Part shown: positions 19,574-27,705 of the stretch, piece by piece
Layout of the letters: each line of letters begins with the position of its first letter
Position numbering within the stretch: position 1 is the stretch's first letter
Virus record (IMG/VR): IMGVR_UViG_3300028920_001939
Length of the DNA stretch: 64,000 bases
Strand: one strand, 5' to 3'
Source of the DNA: a virus
Lineage: Duplodnaviria; Heunggongvirae; Uroviricota; Caudoviricetes
Translations under genes and position numbers: made by a program
The notes under the pieces: generated by a model
Seen by the model: the letters and a program-made list of their open reading frames with translations, nothing else
What the model was told of the DNA's origin: nothing
Database searches by the model: none

Positions 19574-21469
19574 ATGAAGAACAAAGAAGTAATAATAATT
19601 GTTTCTTTATTTATAACTTTATGTTTACTCGTAGGAACAATTACACCGCCTTATTCTTTTGAAGAAACTGTTTCTGAAAATACAGCAACTATTAACTGGA
19701 TAGATGGAAATCAATCTCAAGAAAATCGTTCTTACTTTACTGGTTATCTTATTTATGTATCATATATTGCAGAGGATAACGCAACATATGTTGTAACATC
19801 AAATGATGATGATGATTCAACGGTACAAGCTTTTTATCATAATAATTGTACTTGGTCTGAACTATATACAGTTGATGAGGGAATACCTGCTGTTGGTGAT
19901 TCTGGTGCTACACCAAGGCAAGTAATTAAAGATAATGAAGGATATTATCATATTTTGTATCATGTACATAATGGTTGGGGTGGCTTATACAAGAGTGTAG
20001 GACAAAACATTAGTGAGTGGGGAGAATATGAACAGTTCGGTGCTAATGATGGTTCTAACTATGAACATATATATACTGATGATGGAGATTGGTATATTTT
20101 TTACAGAACAGGTGGAGGCGCAAATAGGCCCTATCATTATAGATTATCTACCGATAATGGAGATAATTGGGGAGCAGAAACGACAATTTTTGATTTTGAT
20201 GATACTACAACACAAGAACAGTATGTTCATGGTATAAGATATGATCCAGAAAATAACTATATACACTTTTCTTGGTGCCAACAATCACATGGTTTAGGAG
20301 GCGCAAGACACGGAATGTGGTATGCTTATTGGCTTTTAACTAATCATTCATTTTGGGACGTAGAAGGGAAATATATAACAGATACTACTCTTAATCATGC
20401 AAATACCAATTATACTCCTTGTAAGTTATTTGGTACTGGTTTTTATACAGAAGCAGGTGGACCTATAGTTAATTCAGGATTTTTAGGAATAGATGAGAAT
20501 AATTATCCATGGGTTGAATTTACAGCTGATTATGACCAATCTGTTGAAACAGAAGATGATTGGGGTAACTATGTGGTTCATTGGGATGGAGATGAATGGA
20601 TACAAGATATTGTATTCAATCAAAGTTATGATGGACATAGTGCTATTAGAAATTGTGGTGCTTTGTATGTACATAATAACTCAAGTATAGACTATTGGGC
20701 TATAGATGGAAATACTGTTGATGATAATGGCGCATATCCAGGAAATGTTACTCACTATTATTATGATGGAGAAGATTGGATTTTTCAAGGTGAATTAGCC
20801 AATTTATCTACTTGGGGAGCACATTTTAATTTTAACATAGGAAGGTATGGAATGAGCACCTTTAATAGTTCTGATGATTTCTCTGGTTGGTGGAATGTTG
20901 CTGTAATAGCTTTTGAGCAAGATGATAATGATGCTTATTATATATATTCTCCTGTTGGTGGATATTTATGTAGTGGAAATAATCAATTATATACTCTTGT
21001 AAGATACTCAGATTCTGATAATATCACAACGATAAATGATGGTTATTCAGCGTATAATGATTCAGGTAATTCTTACACTTTTACTGGGTTAGATAGTGGT
21101 ACTACTTATTATTATAGTGCTTGGTCATTTACTGTAAATGAGGGATATAGTGAAATGGAAGAGGGAACATTTACTACAGAAGGGGAACAAAATACAGATG
21201 TAACAATTTCATCTATAAACAATCAAGAAAATAATACAATTGCAAAAAATAGAAGTAGATGTTTTAATTGGTCAAAAGTTAGTAATGCAATATCTTATCA
21301 AATAAGAATATCAAATACATCTAATTTCGTTACTACTTTCTTAAATATGAGTGTTACTGAAGAAGATTATAGTGTTGTTGGCGGTTATATAGAATATAAT
21401 TTACCATATCAATATAATATAAGTTGGAACGCATATCATTATTATCAGGTAAGAGCATATTTGGCTTAA
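19574..21469 (+). CDS. Secreted glycoprotein with C-terminal FN3-like domain
   Basis: Signal peptide. Sequon-rich. FN3-like ...YTFTGLDSGTTYYYSAWSF shared with neighbouring genes. Confidence 0.7.
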   Translation: MKNKEVIIIVSLFITLCLLVGTITPPYSFEETVSENTATINWIDGNQSQENRSYFTGYLIYVSYIAEDNATYVVTSNDDDDSTVQAFYHNNCTWSELYTVDEGIPAVGDSGATPRQVIKDNEGYYHILYHVHNGWGGLYKSVGQNISEWGEYEQFGANDGSNYEHIYTDDGDWYIFYRTGGGANRPYHYRLSTDNGDNWGAETTIFDFDDTTTQEQYVHGIRYDPENNYIHFSWCQQSHGLGGARHGMWYAYWLLTNHSFWDVEGKYITDTTLNHANTNYTPCKLFGTGFYTEAGGPIVNSGFLGIDENNYPWVEFTADYDQSVETEDDWGNYVVHWDGDEWIQDIVFNQSYDGHSAIRNCGALYVHNNSSIDYWAIDGNTVDDNGAYPGNVTHYYYDGEDWIFQGELANLSTWGAHFNFNIGRYGMSTFNSSDDFSGWWNVAVIAFEQDDNDAYYIYSPVGGYLCSGNNQLYTLVRYSDSDNITTINDGYSAYNDSGNSYTFTGLDSGTTYYYSAWSFTVNEGYSEMEEGTFTTEGEQNTDVTISSINNQENNTIAKNRSRCFNWSKVSNAISYQIRISNTSNFVTTFLNMSVTEEDYSVVGGYIEYNLPYQYNISWNAYHYYQVRAYLA

Positions 21470-21487
21470 AGGAGATATAAAATAAAA

Positions 21488-23596
21488 ATGAAAAATAATA
21501 AAAAGATTGTATGGTTCATTCTTGGTATTCTATTATTTTCAACTATCAATCTTTTTTATATAAATTCTTCCAAAGCGGATGGAGAAAGTTGGCTTACTGG
21601 TTGGACTTATCGAAAGGAGATAACAGTTAGCAATAAGATAGCTGATTATGCTACTATGATTAATGTTACAAAATCATCTGGCGGTGATGTAGATTGTGAA
21701 GGACATTGTAATGATAATTTTAGTGATTTGCGTTTTACACAAAGCGATGGAGAAACATTGATACCTCATTGGATTGATGAATTGGAGTATAGTAGTGGAA
21801 GTTATGCACATGTTTGGGTAAATAATACAAATGATGAAGCTACTCTTTATATGTATTATGGTAATGTTGGTGCAACAAGTACAAGTAGTGGAGATGATAC
21901 ATTTATAGTTTTTAGTTCATTTGAAAATGAATATGATGATGGATGGTCTTTGGATCAAGGTGGTGGTGGGTTTACAGATGTTACAAGTAGAGATGGTAGT
22001 TATTCTGTTGATTTATATGATAATGGTGCTGATGCGTGGTGTGTTCTTAATAGAGCAATTGATTTTGATTTTACATTAAATTGTTGGCTTTATATGGCTG
22101 ATGCTAATGCTGTTTGTCATATACGTTTTTGGGATACTTCTGGTGACCCTCCAGATGCAAATCTTATGTATGGTATTAGATTTGAAGATGATTTGTTGCG
22201 TGTATATGGCGATGTTGGTTATGATGCATATACACCTCATCACAATGAAGATAGTTGGTATTTTTTTGTTTTTGATGTTGATATTTCTGCTAATGATGTT
22301 TGGATGAAATACCGAGAAGATGGTAGTGATACTTGGTCTTATTATAATACAACTGCTTGGTCAGAAGGAAGTGCTGTAACAACATCTGAATTTTGGTTTA
22401 TGAGTGGTTATAATTCTCAACATGCATATTTTGATGCTTTCGTTTTAAAACCTTGGACTACTGGTACTGAACCAAGTTTCAGTTTCGGAAGTGAGGAAAC
22501 AGAGGGACCTGGTTGGACTAATTCTAATCCTTCGATTACTGCAGATAGTGAAAATCCTCCTGATACACAAACAGATGTAACAACATTACTTGCAAATTTC
22601 TATAATCATTTCAATATCAGCGTAACAGATGATGATAACACAAATCAATCTATCAATGTTACTTGGAGAGCTATAGTAGATAGTGAATGGAAAGATATTG
22701 GTTCTAATGCATCTTCAGAATGTAATTCTACCTTTTATTGTAATAATGTTAGTTGGATAGATAGTTATAATACTGAATATACTTGGAGTGTTAATGTATC
22801 AGATAACTGTACTTCTGGTAAAGGGTGGTCTAATCAAACATTTACTTTTACAACAATAGATTATACACCTGATGCACCGACCATTACAGGGGCAACTGCT
22901 GATAGTCCATCACAAATCACAATCACTTGGACAGATGATGATGAGGCAGATTCTACATACATTGAATGGGATTCTCAAAATGATGATAGTTGGAATCGTG
23001 GCGACCATAACGATACAACTATTAATGCAACATCTGGTTCTGAATCACATACAGGTTTATCATCTGGAACAACATATTATTATAAAGCGTGGTCTTGGAA
23101 TGCTTCGCAAGCAATTTGGAGTTCAGGTTCAAATATTGTTAGTGCTAAAACTCGTGGTTTAGTTTGGCACTCTAAAACATTTGGTGGTAGTGTTACTGTA
23201 ACAGGCGGTGAAGCAATAGATTGTGAATTAAATTCGACTAACTGGATTATAGGTGAGTTAGGAGTAGGAAATTCTGCTGTAAAGAATTTCAAATTCTGGC
23301 AGAATGGTACTGCTAATATAGATGTAGAAATCGGTGTAAGCAATATCAATTTTACATTTGTTAATTACACTGATTGGGATGCAAGTGGTTTCAATCAATT
23401 TTGCGCTAACTTTACAAACGACAGCTGGGTAACTGAAACGAATATACTTACAAGTCCATTCAATGGTACACTTAAATATAATTTTGCCCCAGGCAATTTT
23501 GATTTTGGTGTACGTATTTGGATGCCGAAAACTATGAGTGTTGAAAGTAAGAGAGAAGATTTCGAGGTGATTTTAACTGTTACAGAGCATACATGA
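21488..23596 (+). CDS. Secreted glycoprotein, DUF2341-like N-terminus plus FN3
   Basis: Signal peptide (SKA/DGE). WLTGWTYRKEITV resembles the DUF2341 hallmark. FN3 (...HTGLSSGTTYYYKAWSW). WHSKTFGGSVTV motif shared with the 25415 gene. Confidence 0.7.
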   Translation: MKNNKKIVWFILGILLFSTINLFYINSSKADGESWLTGWTYRKEITVSNKIADYATMINVTKSSGGDVDCEGHCNDNFSDLRFTQSDGETLIPHWIDELEYSSGSYAHVWVNNTNDEATLYMYYGNVGATSTSSGDDTFIVFSSFENEYDDGWSLDQGGGGFTDVTSRDGSYSVDLYDNGADAWCVLNRAIDFDFTLNCWLYMADANAVCHIRFWDTSGDPPDANLMYGIRFEDDLLRVYGDVGYDAYTPHHNEDSWYFFVFDVDISANDVWMKYREDGSDTWSYYNTTAWSEGSAVTTSEFWFMSGYNSQHAYFDAFVLKPWTTGTEPSFSFGSEETEGPGWTNSNPSITADSENPPDTQTDVTTLLANFYNHFNISVTDDDNTNQSINVTWRAIVDSEWKDIGSNASSECNSTFYCNNVSWIDSYNTEYTWSVNVSDNCTSGKGWSNQTFTFTTIDYTPDAPTITGATADSPSQITITWTDDDEADSTYIEWDSQNDDSWNRGDHNDTTINATSGSESHTGLSSGTTYYYKAWSWNASQAIWSSGSNIVSAKTRGLVWHSKTFGGSVTVTGGEAIDCELNSTNWIIGELGVGNSAVKNFKFWQNGTANIDVEIGVSNINFTFVNYTDWDASGFNQFCANFTNDSWVTETNILTSPFNGTLKYNFAPGNFDFGVRIWMPKTMSVESKREDFEVILTVTEHT

Positions 23597-23662
23597 AAAT
23601 AACGGGCAGGACGGCAATAGAAAAATCCTATCTTGTGGGGTAGTTGAAGAGGTGAAGAGCAT

Positions 23663-24157
23663 ATGAAAAACAAAATTGTGGTATTACTGGTCGTATCTGC
23701 TGTATTCGGTATGCTTGCTGCCCCTATAGGGTTTGCAAGTGATACAACAGTTACAGGTACATTCACAGCAACTGCATCATTAGATGTTGATGTAAACAGA
23801 TCTACAGCAGCATTTGGTACTATAACTGTAAGTGATCACTTTACTGTACCATTTAAATTAGTTAATAATGGTACTGTTGCTGCTGATGTAACTCAAGACC
23901 AAGCAGTAAAAGACAGCGGTGATATGACTATCGGAACCAATGGATCTCTAGCACAAGACGAGTATAGCGTTGTAATGAATGTATCAGAAGTTTGGACAGA
24001 TATAGGACAAAACGATAATACAGAAATAGCAGATGGATTAGCAGCATCCGGGGAAAAAGGTTATAATATAACAGTTTACATTGGTCCCTCGTTAAGTGCA
24101 GAATCACATGCAGATGAACAATTTAGCATAGATGTTACTGTAGCGGCTGATACATAA
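23663..24157 (+). CDS. Small secreted Thr/Val-rich protein
   Basis: Signal peptide (GFA/SD); 164 aa. Confidence 0.6.
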   Translation: MKNKIVVLLVVSAVFGMLAAPIGFASDTTVTGTFTATASLDVDVNRSTAAFGTITVSDHFTVPFKLVNNGTVAADVTQDQAVKDSGDMTIGTNGSLAQDEYSVVMNVSEVWTDIGQNDNTEIADGLAASGEKGYNITVYIGPSLSAESHADEQFSIDVTVAADT

Positions 24158-24168
24158 GGTGATATCAC

Positions 24169-24819
24169 ATGAAACATAAAATTTGCTTGATAATGATTCT
24201 TTTGTTATCAAGCATCTTATTTATTTCTAATGCTAACGCCGTAGATATATCATTAGTGAATAGTATAGGTATACACACGTTTGATTATGATGATACAGGA
24301 AATGTGTTAATATCAAAGGGTAGTGTTCCCATTGAAAATCAAGATAAAGAGAATAGCATTCATATAACATTATCAACATCAAATGATTTACTAAATACCG
24401 ATTTAGGTCCTAACAGAGAACCAAGAAAGCATAACATAAATCAAAAAGTTTATTTTTATCCGCTTGTTGATACAAGTTGGGTAGAGTTCGAAGAAGATAG
24501 TTTCACTATTCCACCCGCTTCTGTTAGAATCGCTAATTATACTTTGGTGATACCTGTAGATGAATTGCCATCATATGTAAACGCTACAAATGGTTTCATT
24601 GGTTACATAAAGATAATTTGTGGTTCAGAACCAACTTCGGGTAGTGGAGCAAGTGTAGGAGTAAAATACACATATAAACTATTCGTAATTTTTCACGAAA
24701 CATTTCCATTTCCAATTCCATTATACTATATCATTTCTGTAATAGTGCTTTCTATTGCTTTGATATATCTAGTAATCAGATTACGAATAAAAGATAAGAA
24801 GAAATCGAAACACCTTTGA
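24169..24819 (+). CDS. Secreted protein with C-terminal TM plus basic-tail anchor
   Basis: Signal peptide (ANA/VD). C-terminus FPFPIPLYYIISVIVLSIALIYLVIRLRIKDKKKSKHL, a sortase/archaeosortase-style tripartite sorting signal. Confidence 0.6.
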   Translation: MKHKICLIMILLLSSILFISNANAVDISLVNSIGIHTFDYDDTGNVLISKGSVPIENQDKENSIHITLSTSNDLLNTDLGPNREPRKHNINQKVYFYPLVDTSWVEFEEDSFTIPPASVRIANYTLVIPVDELPSYVNATNGFIGYIKIICGSEPTSGSGASVGVKYTYKLFVIFHETFPFPIPLYYIISVIVLSIALIYLVIRLRIKDKKKSKHL

Positions 24820-25418
24820 AGGAGGTCATTAGAATTAAGAAAATTACCGTTGCGGTAATACTGATACTGATAGTATCTTTGCCTGCAACATACGCAAGTA
24901 ATGAAGTAACTTGCTCTTTCAATGCAAGTGACCCAAATTATGGGAGTAGTGCAATAATGGAATTACCTGAACCTGAAAATAAATCTTGGAGAGATACAGA
25001 TAATCATTCAATGAAAGTTAAAGTATCAAATCAATTAGGTGAAACTATGGATGTATCATTCTATTGGCATAACAATCACACTCTTATAGGCGAAGATACA
25101 GATGTAGCTAACGATACATACGCAAACGTAACTGTCGGATTTAGTTATGTAGAATATGAAAATTATACTTGGTATGTAAATGTAACTGCAACGCACTACG
25201 ATAACCAAAGTGCAAAGTGGTGGTTTAAAGGAGAAGCACACAATTGGGATATCAATAGAGATGAAGATATTAATATAGTTGATGTAACAGGAGTTACAGC
25301 ACACTATGGTGAAACAGATGAAACACCACATTGGATTAGAGCAGATTGTGCAGAAAATGGTGATATAAATATTGTTGATGTTACAACAGTAACATCGCAT
25401 TATGGAGAGTCGTATTGA
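24816..25418 (+). CDS. Secreted glycoprotein ending in a double dockerin-like Ca-binding repeat
   Basis: Signal peptide (TYA/SNE). C-terminus WDINRDEDINIVDVTGVTAHYGE...CAENGDINIVDVTTVTSHYGESY, two DxNxDxxxNxxD loops each followed by a helix. Confidence 0.65.
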   Translation: MKEVIRIKKITVAVILILIVSLPATYASNEVTCSFNASDPNYGSSAIMELPEPENKSWRDTDNHSMKVKVSNQLGETMDVSFYWHNNHTLIGEDTDVANDTYANVTVGFSYVEYENYTWYVNVTATHYDNQSAKWWFKGEAHNWDINRDEDINIVDVTGVTAHYGETDETPHWIRADCAENGDINIVDVTTVTSHYGESY

Positions 25419-26365
25419 TGAAATATGTGAAATATTTAATTGTGATATTAGGATTATTCTTTATTTTATTATTATCTTATAGTGTTAGTGCTGAATGGCA
25501 TTCTCAAAGTTTCGGTGGAAGTGTTACAGTAGAACCTTGGATTAATAGTGCCCCTACTTTTAGTGATAATTCACCATCTGGTTCAGGCATAGAATTAAAT
25601 GTAAATTTATCAGTTGTTGTTACGGATGCTAATGGGAATGAATCAACAGTTTATTGGAAGATTGATACTGATTCAAATGTGAACGATACAAGTGTTGCAC
25701 ATATCAATACTTCTATTTTGAATGAAACTGCTTATTATAATTATTCTTCTGAAGTAGATTCGTATTCTACTACTTATTATGTTGGAGTATGGGCTAATGA
25801 TACACACGACAATTCTTCTATCTATTGGAGTTTTACTACAGTTAATCAACCTGAACCTTATGTTTATGATGAATCACCAACGAACGGTTCAACAGATGAA
25901 GTAACAACAGGTATAACATTATCAATTAATGTAACAGAATATCAAGGACAAAAATTCAATATCACTTGGTCAACGAATGCAAGTGCTTGGACTGCTTATA
26001 ATTCTTCTTGTGATAATGGTACTTTTACACAAGATATAACTTGGGCTGATACTGAATCTACTAAATATTGGTGGAATGTATCTGTTAATGATACTGCTGG
26101 AAATTGGAATAATAAAACATATCATTTTACTACAGGCAGTTTTGAATGGGGAAATTGGTCTGTTTATTGGAAGTTAGGTCAAACATCAATTTATGATGTT
26201 AATCTAAATATGGGTGTGAATATTGTTGATGTTACTTCTGTTACCAGTCATTATGGAGAATCTGGTGATCCAGGGTGGATTGATCAAGATATTAATAATG
26301 ATGGTGATATTAATTATATAGATGTAAGTGGTATCGCAAACCACTTTGGAGAAGATTATACTTGA
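25415..26365 (+). CDS. Secreted glycoprotein ending in a double dockerin-like repeat
   Basis: Signal peptide (VSA/EW). C-terminus ...NLNMGVNIVDVTSVTSHYGESGDPGWIDQDINNDGDINYIDVSGIANHFGEDYT. Confidence 0.65.
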   Translation: MMKYVKYLIVILGLFFILLLSYSVSAEWHSQSFGGSVTVEPWINSAPTFSDNSPSGSGIELNVNLSVVVTDANGNESTVYWKIDTDSNVNDTSVAHINTSILNETAYYNYSSEVDSYSTTYYVGVWANDTHDNSSIYWSFTTVNQPEPYVYDESPTNGSTDEVTTGITLSINVTEYQGQKFNITWSTNASAWTAYNSSCDNGTFTQDITWADTESTKYWWNVSVNDTAGNWNNKTYHFTTGSFEWGNWSVYWKLGQTSIYDVNLNMGVNIVDVTSVTSHYGESGDPGWIDQDINNDGDINYIDVSGIANHFGEDYT

Positions 26366-27696
26366 AGAAGGTGAAAATAATGAATAAAAAATCAATAAAA
26401 ATATTGATAATATCAATAATGCTGATTTTGTCTACAATTGTTTTAACAACAACTGTAAGTGCTGATGATGAAGCTTGGGTTGTATATGTAACTCCAGAAG
26501 AACAAAGTGTTATTAATGGTTCGAGTTTCGAGATAAGTTTAACTGCAAATAACACACAAGGCGGTTCAGGATCTGCAGTTGGTGGTTGGGAGATAACTCA
26601 ACTTAACTGGACTGTTGGTTTAGCCAACATAACATCAGCTACTGAAGGTAATTGGTTGTCAGATGTTGATTCTACTTTGTTTAGTGATGGTGATTTTCAC
26701 AACGCAAGTGGAAACTTAACTGATAACTATTGTGCTATTCTTGGTACTGGAGATACATCAGTAAATGGAACAATGGTGACTTATAATTTCACTACTTTAA
26801 AAACAGGTGTTATTGAAATAACATTTTATGGTTTATTTTCTTATGGAGAAAATGAAATATGGTTTGCCGAAACTACAGGCAACATAACGGTGTATAATGA
26901 TAGTGCGCCAGAAATAGTAGATAATTCTCCTGCTACTGGGACTACTGGAGATTTTTTTCTATTCAATGTTTCTGTTACTGATGATGTTGATAGTGCGCCG
27001 GCGCTTACGGTCAAAGTGAATTGGACGCATGACCCATCTTCAAGTAACGATTCAATGGAATATCAAGGTGGAACTTACTTTGAGAAACAGATAACATTGG
27101 ATAATAGTGTTTCAGATTTAGCATATCATATATATGTTAATGATACAGTTCCAAATGCAAATTATACTGAAGAACTTACAGCAGGTGTAACAGATAATGA
27201 TAAACCATTGAATAATACTAAAGTTAATGTTAGTGAAAAGTTTATGGGAGATGTAACAAAGATATTTAGTATTGATTGGACTAATATTTCTTGTAATGTT
27301 ACAGATAACATAGCTGTAACTGGAGTATATCTTAACATAACAATAAATGGTTCAATCTATGATAATACTTCTGTTGTAGATAATAAAACAGCAGATAACA
27401 AGTATTTTAGAAATAACAGTTTTGCAACGGTTGGAACATATGTTGTATTCTTGCATTCATATGATGCTGCTTCAAACAAGAATAATACTGAAAATCAAAC
27501 TTATGAGATATTCTATAAATGGGATTTAAATCAAGATAATGATGTAAACATAGTCGATATCACTTCCATAACAGGTGTTTATGGACAAACAGGTGATAAT
27601 AGATGGATAAAACAAGATTGTGCATCTACTGGTGATGGAGATATCGACATTGTTGATATAACTACTGTAACCGCCCATTATGGCGAAACATATTAG
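26362..27696 (+). CDS. Secreted glycoprotein ending in a double dockerin-like repeat
   Basis: Signal peptide (VSA/DD). C-terminus WDLNQDNDVNIVDITSITGVYGQTGDNRWIKQDCASTGDGDIDIVDITTVTAHYGETY. Confidence 0.65.
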   Translation: MKKVKIMNKKSIKILIISIMLILSTIVLTTTVSADDEAWVVYVTPEEQSVINGSSFEISLTANNTQGGSGSAVGGWEITQLNWTVGLANITSATEGNWLSDVDSTLFSDGDFHNASGNLTDNYCAILGTGDTSVNGTMVTYNFTTLKTGVIEITFYGLFSYGENEIWFAETTGNITVYNDSAPEIVDNSPATGTTGDFFLFNVSVTDDVDSAPALTVKVNWTHDPSSSNDSMEYQGGTYFEKQITLDNSVSDLAYHIYVNDTVPNANYTEELTAGVTDNDKPLNNTKVNVSEKFMGDVTKIFSIDWTNISCNVTDNIAVTGVYLNITINGSIYDNTSVVDNKTADNKYFRNNSFATVGTYVVFLHSYDAASNKNNTENQTYEIFYKWDLNQDNDVNIVDITSITGVYGQTGDNRWIKQDCASTGDGDIDIVDITTVTAHYGETY

Positions 27697-27705
27697 GGAA
27701 TGTAA

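Noticed and set aside
13139-23162. Plus-strand ORFs nested in alternative frames of larger genes (13139-13345, 18989-19270, 20013-20237, 20493-20690, 22101-22307, 22872-23162, 50752-50940)
   Set aside because: Embedded out-of-frame within well-supported long ORFs. Compositionally biased (Met/Leu/Ile-rich or Lys-rich, mirroring the host frame). No start context.
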